Positions 56,482-64,000 of a stretch of DNA of 64,000 bases are shown here, piece after piece. The notes beneath the pieces are model-generated. The model did no database searches and was not told the origin of the DNA. It saw nothing but the letters and a program-made list of their open reading frames with translations. Origin of the DNA: a virus; the IMG/VR virus record IMGVR_UViG_3300045482_000112, positions 4,328-68,327 of that record, one strand, 5' to 3'. The first letter of the stretch is position 1. Each line of letters begins with the position of its first letter. The position numbers were made by a program, and so were the translations under genes.

Positions 56482-56943
56482 ATGGGGCTGGATAGACTGC
56501 TGCATAACCTGCCCGCCCGGCAGCGTACCCACCTGCGGAGCTCCTACCAGGACTGGATGGAGCAGGTACACCGCACCAACCATGCCCTGATGCTGACCAG
56601 TGACGAGGGCCTGCGCTGGTGCATGAACAACCGTCCCACCTGGCAAGCCTACCGGATACAGCCCTATACCCCCAACCAAGGCATCAGCTTCAACGCTCGA
56701 GGCCAGGTAACCCCGGTTGCGGTAGACCTGGTAACTAGCGGTCAGACCGTAGAGATACTGGACCTGTCCACCTTCCCGACCGAACTCAGGCCCCTTCTCC
56801 TCTCCCCCCAACGGCCCAGAACCCTCTGCGCGCTCCTGAAACAGATGGAGCGCAGCTTTCCCATTTTGCGTGAGGCTCCCTATGAACCAAGAATTCTTCA
56901 CCCCCGAACAGCTCGCAAAACTCCAGGCCAAACTCCCCAGTGA
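56482..56943 (+). CDS. hypothetical protein
   Basis: TGGTAGAAT extended -10 at ~56448; GGAGG RBS. Confidence 0.65.
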   Translation: MGLDRLLHNLPARQRTHLRSSYQDWMEQVHRTNHALMLTSDEGLRWCMNNRPTWQAYRIQPYTPNQGISFNARGQVTPVAVDLVTSGQTVEILDLSTFPTELRPLLLSPQRPRTLCALLKQMERSFPILREAPYEPRILHPRTARKTPGQTPQ

Positions 56944-57526
56944 CCTGGTGAAAACCCGCTCCCAGTCCGGTCAAACCTTCTCCTACATCGAGGGCTACCA
57001 GGCCATCGAACATGCCAACCAGATATTCGGCTTCGGTCACTGGAGCGGTACCGTAGAAAGACTCGACCAGGTAAGCGCCACTGCCACCGAGAACGCCAAA
57101 GGCGCCCAGTACCGGGTAGCCTACCTGTGCGTGTACCGGGTCCGGGTGGACAGCCCCATCACCGGAGACTCCACCGATTTCTCGGATGTGGGGTACGGTT
57201 CCGGCGTCAGTTACAACAGCATGGGGGACGCCGTCGAGTCTGCCGCCAAGGAGGCCGTGACCGACGCCATGAAGCGCACCCTGCGCAACTTCGGTAACCA
57301 GTTCGGTCTGACCCTCTACGACAAAGAGCAGAAAAACGTGGAGCGCTACCCCACCTACGCCCAGGTATCTGCCGCCTTTAAGCTAGTGCCCGAAGCCCTC
57401 AAGGAAAACGCCAAGAAAAAGATGGCCGACATCCTGACCGCCAACAACCAGACCCAGCTCAAAGACGCGGACGGTAAAACCCTACAGGAGGTGTTCCAGG
57501 CTTTCCAGCAGATGGCTAGAGCATGA
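56882..57526 (+). CDS. sak: Rad52/Rad22-family single-strand annealing protein
   Basis: SYIEG..AIEHANQIFGFGHWS, DVGYG, AAKEAVTDAMKR.LR.FGNQFGL.LY. Confidence 0.9.
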   Translation: MNQEFFTPEQLAKLQAKLPSDLVKTRSQSGQTFSYIEGYQAIEHANQIFGFGHWSGTVERLDQVSATATENAKGAQYRVAYLCVYRVRVDSPITGDSTDFSDVGYGSGVSYNSMGDAVESAAKEAVTDAMKRTLRNFGNQFGLTLYDKEQKNVERYPTYAQVSAAFKLVPEALKENAKKKMADILTANNQTQLKDADGKTLQEVFQAFQQMARA

Positions 57527-58701
57527 ACACCGAAACCCTCGAACTACAGTTCCTGGCGGCAGTACAAGCCAACGAAAAGGCAGGGCACTGGCTTCGGCTG
57601 GTGCCCGAGTCCTATTTCCAGAACGCCACTGCCCGCCGCATCCGCAACAAGATACTCTCCGGGGAGACCCTGACCATCCAGGAAGCGGCCTTCCTGCGCC
57701 AGCAGCGGGTGGACTACACCCCGGACATGTACGCCCAGTCCCTGGTCACCGAGGGCTACCTTAAGGAAACCGGACAGTACGCCGAGAGCCTGGCCGAGCA
57801 GGTACGCAGTCGCAAGGTAGCCCAGGTGGAACAGCTACTGGTCACCTCCCCCGTCCGTCCCAGCCTGGAACCGGCCCTCACTGCCGAGGAGCGCTTTCTC
57901 CTCGAGGGAGAGAAGGCGGTGGAGTATGCCTACCCCCTTCCGACAGCCCTGGCGCAGCTACAAACCTACTGGGGCCGTCTGCTACCAGGGGCCATCCACG
58001 TAGTGGCCGCCGATAATGGAGTGGGAAAGAGCCTCCTGCTGGAACAGATGGCCCTGGGACTGGCCCTGAATAATGTACCAGTGGTGGACTACAGCGTAGA
58101 GATGCCCTTCATCCCCCGCATGTTGCGTTACCATCAGCACGTTTACGGTCCCGGTCACAGTGTCAACGAGTTCTACGAGAAGTGGGCCAACCAGCAACTC
58201 TCCTCCGAGGAAATTAAGGGCATTGTCAAACCCTTCCACCAGAAACCGCTGTACGTGCAGACCATCGCCCGCACCAACGAGATGCTGGTACACGCCGAAC
58301 AGATGTACCACAGCCGGGGAGTCAGAGTTTTCGGGGTGGACTTCCTGCAGGCCCTGCAAGGTCCCAGCAGCATGACCAAGTTCGAGGCTATCGCCTACAG
58401 CATCACCCAGATATTCAACTTCACCAAGCGTAACCCCAGCACCTGGATGGTGGTATCCACCTACAACCGCGAGGGGAAAAGTGCCCAGCGGATGGACAAG
58501 CAGGGCCGACGCCAAATGCCCGCCAACCAGGACCTGATGGGGGCCAACGAAATTGAAACCTACGCCTGGACCATCACCCACCTGCTGCGGGAAGAGGGTC
58601 TGGGGGACAACCGCAGGTTCTACATGACCAAGAACCGCTTCGGACTCCTGGGAGACTTCCAGTTGCGGTTCAATGGCCTGACGCTAACCTTCGAGCCGTG
58701 A
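57523..58701 (+). CDS. DnaB-like replicative helicase
   Basis: ADNGVGKS, SVEM, VDFLQ, STYNR, KNRFG. Confidence 0.85.
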   Translation: MNTETLELQFLAAVQANEKAGHWLRLVPESYFQNATARRIRNKILSGETLTIQEAAFLRQQRVDYTPDMYAQSLVTEGYLKETGQYAESLAEQVRSRKVAQVEQLLVTSPVRPSLEPALTAEERFLLEGEKAVEYAYPLPTALAQLQTYWGRLLPGAIHVVAADNGVGKSLLLEQMALGLALNNVPVVDYSVEMPFIPRMLRYHQHVYGPGHSVNEFYEKWANQQLSSEEIKGIVKPFHQKPLYVQTIARTNEMLVHAEQMYHSRGVRVFGVDFLQALQGPSSMTKFEAIAYSITQIFNFTKRNPSTWMVVSTYNREGKSAQRMDKQGRRQMPANQDLMGANEIETYAWTITHLLREEGLGDNRRFYMTKNRFGLLGDFQLRFNGLTLTFEP

Positions 58702-58710
58702 GGTACAACC

Positions 58711-58815
58711 ATGGAAATTCTGCTTCTGCTGCTAGTCTGTACAGCCGGGGTACTGTGGGCGTTACTCCTCAGAACCTACTACCACCGCCTTCGCAAGGAG
58801 GCCCGAAAGAGGTAA
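58711..58815 (+). CDS. 34-aa single-TM protein
   Basis: MEILLLLLVCTAGVLWALLL...; GAGG RBS. Confidence 0.55.
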   Translation: MEILLLLLVCTAGVLWALLLRTYYHRLRKEARKR

Positions 58816-58816
58816 C

Positions 58817-59092
58817 ATGGAAATGATTCTCGCAATAGCCACCTTCTTCGCCGGTTTTATGGCCTTCCAGTACGGAGTACAGGTCAAGTACCTGGAAAAC
58901 CAGCTACGCCAGCGCCCTACCGGTACCTACACCCCCGCCCAAATGTGGGTGGGCATCGACTACAAGAAACAACTCACCCTCTCGCTGGACCGTAAACTCG
59001 CGGCCCAGGCTGCAGGGGCTATGGGTACCGTGCGTACTCTGGAACAGTACCTGCAAGAACTTACCCAGGAAACCCCTGTTGAACACAATTGA
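58817..59092 (+). CDS. membrane-anchored hypothetical protein
   Basis: N-terminal TM; GAGG RBS. Confidence 0.65.
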   Translation: MEMILAIATFFAGFMAFQYGVQVKYLENQLRQRPTGTYTPAQMWVGIDYKKQLTLSLDRKLAAQAAGAMGTVRTLEQYLQELTQETPVEHN

Positions 59093-59921
59093 AGACGTAA
59101 TGCTGGCAGTCAATGCCCACCTGGTAGAAGCCGAACAAACCCAGGGCAGTTCCCTACGCCTATCCTCAGCCGGTACCTGCGCCCGCAAACTGGCCTGGGC
59201 CAATCACCTGTGGGAGGAGATGCCCCCCATCTCCTCGAGGGCCGCCTCCATCTTTGCCCTGGGCCACCTCCTGCACGACGCAGAAAGGAACCTCATCCGC
59301 GAAGTAGCCCCCCTGGTGCGGGAAGAGGAAAGAGTCTACCTGAAAATACCGGACCTGACCCAGGACCTGCACCAGCTACACCCCATCATCCACCCCCAGA
59401 CCGTAAGAAACGGGAACGGATACACCCTGATGGTACCCGGTCATGTGGACGGAGTGCTGGAATTGGACGACGGCCCCGTACTGGTGGACATCAAAACCAC
59501 CAGCACCCGCTCCTTCGGGGAGATGGTCAAGGACGGTCCTAGCTACGAGTACCGGGCCCAGTTGAATGCCTATATGGAAGCTACCGGCATCCACCAGGCG
59601 TGGCTCTGGCTATACAACAAGGAGACCTCCCATCGGGCGGCGGTGCCGGTACCCTACGACCCCCGCATTGTGGAGGAGGTCAAGGCCCGTTTCCGCAGGG
59701 CCGCCCTGGCTACCCCGGACAGCCCCCCTCCCAGGGAGTACGCCCCCAAGCAAGAAATGAGGAAAAAGGAACCCACCGGACGGGAGTACCTGCCCTGGCA
59801 GTGTTCCTATTGCAGCTTCACCAGCCGCTGCTGGTCCTCAGAGGGTTTCGAGATGGTGCTGGAAAACAACAAGCCTCGCTGGCTCCGCAATACCCCATCT
59901 GACGAACTCGAGCTAGTGTAA
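59079..59921 (+). CDS. Cas4-like PD-(D/E)xK exonuclease
   Basis: N-terminal C, G..LH, GHVDG, DIKT, QLNAY, C-terminal CSYC....C. Confidence 0.85.
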   Translation: MNTIEDVMLAVNAHLVEAEQTQGSSLRLSSAGTCARKLAWANHLWEEMPPISSRAASIFALGHLLHDAERNLIREVAPLVREEERVYLKIPDLTQDLHQLHPIIHPQTVRNGNGYTLMVPGHVDGVLELDDGPVLVDIKTTSTRSFGEMVKDGPSYEYRAQLNAYMEATGIHQAWLWLYNKETSHRAAVPVPYDPRIVEEVKARFRRAALATPDSPPPREYAPKQEMRKKEPTGREYLPWQCSYCSFTSRCWSSEGFEMVLENNKPRWLRNTPSDELELV

Positions 59922-59981
59922 ACTACCCAACACTTGTAATCAGAACCATTACACTTCATAACGTCCCCGTAAGGGGACCTG

Positions 59982-60030
59982 TGGGCCATCGGGCGACATA
60001 GGGGAGGTTCAACTCCTCCCTGGCCCAACC
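59982..60030 (+). ncRNA. tRNA-like minihelix (acceptor stem + T arm, no anticodon arm)
   Basis: TGGGCCA/TGGCCCA stem, GGGAGG-TTCAACT-CCTCCC T arm, then ACC. Confidence 0.5.
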
Positions 60031-60099
60031 CGGAGGTTCGCCGGAGACTCCTGACTGCAGCAGGAGCCCCCGACGAGCCCCACTTACACAGGATAAACC

Positions 60100-60660
60100 A
60101 TGAGCGCAGAATTCATCTACACCGGTAAAGTAGAAGGCATCATAGAGAGCAGCAAAACTGGTAAGCCCGTCTTCAAGGGTAGCGTAGGAGGCATGGGAGT
60201 CTGGGTATATGGCCGAGCCGCCGAAGCCCTGGACACCCTGAATGGCCGCTACGCGCTGGTGAAGGGGCTCATCGAGAGCCGTGATAGTAACAATGGTCGG
60301 AGCTACCCCAAGTTCCGGGTGTTCAACGCCATGCAGGCTGACCCCAAACACCAGGTCAACCTGTTTGTGGCCCAGGGAGAGGTAGAGGCCAACAAGCGTA
60401 TCAAGGATGGTCTGTGCGAGACCGTTGTGTCGGTCAAAGGCAGCGACTTCCAGAACGGCCAAAAGATGGAAGTACAGTACAGCCTGCCTATCTCCAACGC
60501 CAGAGCTACCGACAGCGACATCGGTAAGAAGGTCACCGTTACCGGACGCCTGGCTTTCCGCGACAAGTTCACCGACCTCCTGGGGGAAGGGATTGCTTTT
60601 GAGACTGCCTCTGAGCCCGGCGAAGACCTCTCCCTCCCCGAGGACGAGGAACTGCTGTAG
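60100..60660 (+). CDS. ssb: single-stranded DNA-binding protein (probably two OB folds)
   Basis: Two beta-rich halves (ALVKGLIES; KVTVTGRL) and acidic tail PEDEELL. Confidence 0.65.
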   Translation: MSAEFIYTGKVEGIIESSKTGKPVFKGSVGGMGVWVYGRAAEALDTLNGRYALVKGLIESRDSNNGRSYPKFRVFNAMQADPKHQVNLFVAQGEVEANKRIKDGLCETVVSVKGSDFQNGQKMEVQYSLPISNARATDSDIGKKVTVTGRLAFRDKFTDLLGEGIAFETASEPGEDLSLPEDEELL

Positions 60661-60663
60661 GCC

Positions 60664-61122
60664 GTGAGCGCATCCAAGCGTAAAGGAAGTGCCTACGAAC
60701 GCGAACTGGTAAGGCACTTTGAATCCCAGGGTCTCAGTGCCCGACGAGTGTACGCCAGCGGAGCCGTAGGCACCGTACTCAAGCAGACCACCGGTACCGA
60801 CCACCAGGACCTGCGGGGGGATGTGCAGGTGGAAATACACAACCAGACCCTGTGTCTGGAAGTGAAGTTCCGCAAGCACGAGTTCCCCCAATGGCTCACT
60901 ACCATCAGCGAACCAGGACAGACCGGCGACTGGCTGGTCTATCCTGGGCCCGACCTCAACCTTGCCCTGGAAGTACGAAGGGACCCATGGAATCAGAAAA
61001 AACTCAAGAAGCTCCTACCCCGAACCCTAACCCAGATGCTGGGGAACTCGGATATACTAGCCCTGCGGTTTCCCAAGAAGCCTCAGAATCCATCGGGGTG
61101 GCTGCTGCTCCTGCCTCTGTAG
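60664..61122 (+). CDS. Holliday junction resolvase (Hjc-like)
   Basis: KRKGSAYERELV, GDV, LEVK. Confidence 0.82.
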   Translation: MSASKRKGSAYERELVRHFESQGLSARRVYASGAVGTVLKQTTGTDHQDLRGDVQVEIHNQTLCLEVKFRKHEFPQWLTTISEPGQTGDWLVYPGPDLNLALEVRRDPWNQKKLKKLLPRTLTQMLGNSDILALRFPKKPQNPSGWLLLLPL

Positions 61123-61142
61123 ACCCCCAGCCGGTGTTCAAC

Positions 61143-61448
61143 ATGGACACCTTCATGGTGGACTACCTCAACTCCATCAACGAGCACTCCCTCCAAACCG
61201 TGGAGAGCGGGGTTCATGAGATGGTGCAGCACCATGTCTCCTGGTTCCTGAACTCGGTCTTCGTGTCGGACCAGGAGCTCCTCAGCATGATGAGCCTGGG
61301 GTTTGGACTGGGGGTTATGTTCACCTCCATCCTGACCAACCCCAACGTCACCAACCGCCCGGAACTGCTAAAGAAGCTGGGCAACGAATACACGGTGGCT
61401 GCCATATACGCTCTAGTCCAGCCCCCCAAGGAGACGATAAAAGCATGA
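61143..61448 (+). CDS. hypothetical protein
   Basis: Fills gap, ATGA coupling; start uncertain. Confidence 0.55.
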   Translation: MDTFMVDYLNSINEHSLQTVESGVHEMVQHHVSWFLNSVFVSDQELLSMMSLGFGLGVMFTSILTNPNVTNRPELLKKLGNEYTVAAIYALVQPPKETIKA

Positions 61449-62437
61449 GCCCCCTGCGTTACGAAGCCGTGGTCTCTCTGGACGCAGGTGCGGTGTGTCC
61501 TGGATGTGGGGAGGGAAGGTTGGAGCCGGAAGACGCAGGCTATCGTCTGCGCTGTCCGGTCTGCAGCGGCCTCTACCGCCCCACCACCCGCCGCTACGCC
61601 CTCCGATACCCACGGGTTCCTAACGCCCCCGGACATGACGTATTCCTGCGTACCTACGTAACCGACGCCCAGGGCATCGACCTGGCCATGTTCGCCGTAG
61701 ACATCGACACCGGCAAGCTGGAGGATGCCGAGACCGCCTACCAGGCCCTGGTCTCGGTCTCTGGCCCGGTGGTGCAGATGTACTTCTCGGGAGCCAAAGG
61801 TTACCACCTGGTCATACCGCTGGAAACCTGGCACTACCGGGGCGCCAACTGGCCCTCGGTATTCCGCAAACTCACCGAACTCCTGGGTATAGATGGCCTG
61901 TGCGACCGCAGCATCTACAAGCACCGGGCCATGCTCCGTGCTCCGAACACCACCAACACCAAAACCGGCAAGCCCAAGACTCTCCTGCGAGACGCCTCCA
62001 GTACCACGGTAGACCCCGCCTGGGATGCCCTAGTACTACAGGCCCAGCAGCAAGCCGCCCACGACCCAACACCCCTGATGCCGGACGACGAACCCTGGTT
62101 CTTCTTGCAGGAGTTTCAGCCCCCGTGCATCACAAAACTATGGCTGAACGGTCTCCCCTACCAAGGTAGCAGGCACCTGGCCTACCTCCATCTGGCCTCC
62201 TACTACATCCGCAGGGGGGATGCACAAATAGAAGCTAACCAGTACCTCGAGGACTACGCCTCCATCTTTGAGTTCAACACCGAGACTCCCGAGGCCGCCA
62301 GAGTATCTGCAGCAAAAAGGATAGTCCAAAGTGCCTACAACAACGGCCTGCGTTTTGTTTGTGAGCGAGGGGAAACCCTCCGTGTCTGCGAGGATACATG
62401 CCTGCTGTACAACAAAACGACTTCTCCAAACCCCTGA
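61445..62437 (+). CDS. AEP primase with Zn ribbon and PriL-like Cys-rich C-terminus
   Basis: CPGC..CPVC, VDID, FSGAKGYH, RAP, PPCI...C...C..C. Confidence 0.82.
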   Translation: MSPLRYEAVVSLDAGAVCPGCGEGRLEPEDAGYRLRCPVCSGLYRPTTRRYALRYPRVPNAPGHDVFLRTYVTDAQGIDLAMFAVDIDTGKLEDAETAYQALVSVSGPVVQMYFSGAKGYHLVIPLETWHYRGANWPSVFRKLTELLGIDGLCDRSIYKHRAMLRAPNTTNTKTGKPKTLLRDASSTTVDPAWDALVLQAQQQAAHDPTPLMPDDEPWFFLQEFQPPCITKLWLNGLPYQGSRHLAYLHLASYYIRRGDAQIEANQYLEDYASIFEFNTETPEAARVSAAKRIVQSAYNNGLRFVCERGETLRVCEDTCLLYNKTTSPNP

Positions 62438-62931
62438 GCCTGGACGCCTGGTGCCCTCCCCCAGGTACCGATAATTCCTACCTGCCGGATGAGCACTTTA
62501 TTCGCTATACTGAGGAGATGCAGATGCGGGGGGATGCACACTGGCCCCCGAGCATTATCTCCTTCAACGGGCACCCCATTCCCTTACCCAACGTAGACAT
62601 ACAATATATAGGACGAGGAAGCACCTTTCTCAAATGCCTGGTTACCTTCAAGAAAAGAGCCCTCGACCCGCAGTTAGGACTGCTGGTGGAAAGCCACTAC
62701 CATACCCTCCCGGCCTGGCAGGGGGATAACAACATCATCCACCTGATGGAACTCCTCCCTGCCGAGGACCACCGGGACGTGAACATGCAGGAATTCTACG
62801 AGTCGGAACAAGAACTGGACACCGATTACCTGAACCGCCTGAGAAGGTTCTACACCGACGAGGAACTGTTGGAAAAGGTACCCGAGGTGTTCTACTACCT
62901 GGACCCGGCCTTGACAACCATTTCAGACTGA
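62398..62931 (+). CDS. hypothetical protein
   Basis: GAGGA RBS; 177 aa acidic. Confidence 0.65.
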   Translation: MPAVQQNDFSKPLSLDAWCPPPGTDNSYLPDEHFIRYTEEMQMRGDAHWPPSIISFNGHPIPLPNVDIQYIGRGSTFLKCLVTFKKRALDPQLGLLVESHYHTLPAWQGDNNIIHLMELLPAEDHRDVNMQEFYESEQELDTDYLNRLRRFYTDEELLEKVPEVFYYLDPALTTISD

Positions 62932-62992
62932 ACTAATATACCCGTACACTCCCTGTACGGAGTGAGGATTGAAACGAACCCGTAAGCATCAA

Positions 62993-63024
62993 GAGAAAAG
63001 CCACTCAAAAAGAGTGGCTTTCTC
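62993..63024. terminator. bidirectional terminator
   Basis: AAAGCCACTC-AAAAA-GAGTGGCTTT between convergent genes. Confidence 0.75.
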
Positions 63025-63025
63025 G

Positions 63026-64000
63026 CTATTCCCGCTGCCCCTTGGCCAACCTCACCGGAGAGGCCGCCTGCAGTACCTCCGTCAGGTCTTCCAGGTTCAG
63101 GCGCGAGTATCGGTCCGTCATGTGAGTGGTGGTATGCCCCAGGACAGCCTGAGTGACGGTACGGGCCACTCCCTGCCTGTCCAGGGCGGTTACGAACCCC
63201 CTGCGAAAAGCGTGGGGGGTCATATGCTCCACCTCTGCAACCCTGCACAGCCGGGTGATGAGCTGCAACAGAGAACTCCGTCCCATAGGCTGTACCTCCA
63301 CCCCGGTACCCGCCAGAAAAACCCGCTCGCTGTCGCTGGGGGGACGTTCATGCCGTATGTATTGATACACTTTACTCTTCACCTCCCTTCCTACCGGCAC
63401 GTAGCGGTCCTTCCCGCCCTTGGAGGCCCGGATATGCACCACGTTGGGCTGTTCCAGGTCTTTAATGGTAAGGCCACAGAGGTCGGAAGCCCTCATACCG
63501 GTTGCGTACAGTAGGGTCAGGATAGCCTGGTCCCGCAAGGGCTGGCGGGTCTGTCCTGCGGCCCTCAGTAAGCGGTTAAAGTCGGTAGCCCGTACCACCG
63601 GGAGGGTCTTCTCCGGTACCCTGGGGAAAAATTCCCGGCAGAACTGCTGGGTAGCGAAGAGGTTCTCAGGAACTATCCTCTGGCGGTAACACCAGATGGC
63701 GAAAGTCCTGACTGGGCGGAGCCGTACATGCACCCCTCCGGCGGTCAGTGCCTCCACTACGTACCCATTCTCCGCCTTCATGATGTTGGGCACATTGCCT
63801 TTGGGTTGTTCCGCAGTCCAGGCTGCAAACTTGAGCAGGTTGCGCTCCGTAAGGCAGTCTGTCGTGGTCTGCCGCAATACTTCCCGCATGTACCACTCCA
63901 GCTTCTGCAATGCAAAGGTGTACACACGCTGGGTATTGGGCGAGAGATTCTTGCGCTTGGCTTGTAAGAACTCTGCAATGACCGAGGCCAACTTCTCCAT
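63026..64000 (-). CDS. tyrosine recombinase/integrase (start at window edge)
   Basis: LRDQAIL.LLYATGMRASD, KGGKDR, TPHAFRR, LGH, TDRY; N-terminal core-binding domain. Confidence 0.92.
   Translation of the reverse strand: MEKLASVIAEFLQAKRKNLSPNTQRVYTFALQKLEWYMREVLRQTTTDCLTERNLLKFAAWTAEQPKGNVPNIMKAENGYVVEALTAGGVHVRLRPVRTFAIWCYRQRIVPENLFATQQFCREFFPRVPEKTLPVVRATDFNRLLRAAGQTRQPLRDQAILTLLYATGMRASDLCGLTIKDLEQPNVVHIRASKGGKDRYVPVGREVKSKVYQYIRHERPPSDSERVFLAGTGVEVQPMGRSSLLQLITRLCRVAEVEHMTPHAFRRGFVTALDRQGVARTVTQAVLGHTTTHMTDRYSRLNLEDLTEVLQAASPVRLAKGQRE

Noticed and set aside
59982-60030. Canonical tRNA gene
   Set aside because: No D arm or anticodon arm; kept only as a tRNA-like element

Overview
The window is 64 kb of a high-GC, long-tailed siphovirus or prophage. 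The host is probably Thermus/Meiothermus-like, inferred from the NrdJ type, the two-OB SSB, leaderless TANNNT promoters and GC content. There are four blocks. (1) 1-7.07 kb (+): nucleotide metabolism and replication (dNMP kinase, class II RNR, PolA). (2) 7.1-37.45 kb (-): packaging, head, tail and lysis operon (TerS/TerL, portal, protease, MCP, tail tube, ~2630-aa tape measure, fibre, holin, M23 endolysin). (3) 37.5-46.1 kb: a compositionally distinct island holding a single-subunit double-psi-barrel (DFDGD) RNA polymerase, small ORFs, a RuvC-less TnpB and about 3.5 kb of non-coding DNA made of several families of co-varying hairpin repeats. (4) 46.1-64 kb (+): amidase, 3D protein, a paralogue array with MoxR/vWA, Sak, DnaB, Cas4-like nuclease, SSB, resolvase and primase, then a convergent tyrosine recombinase. 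The best candidate for an undescribed system is block 3: the phage RNAP together with a 200-nt fold-back promoter-like hairpin and six dispersed GCGAAGC-type hairpin modules that appear to be selected for single-stranded folding. Other notable items are an anticodon-less tRNA-like minihelix, a small beta-barrel-like protein in the lysis cassette and the truncated TnpB. All calls come from reading motifs by eye; no searches were run.
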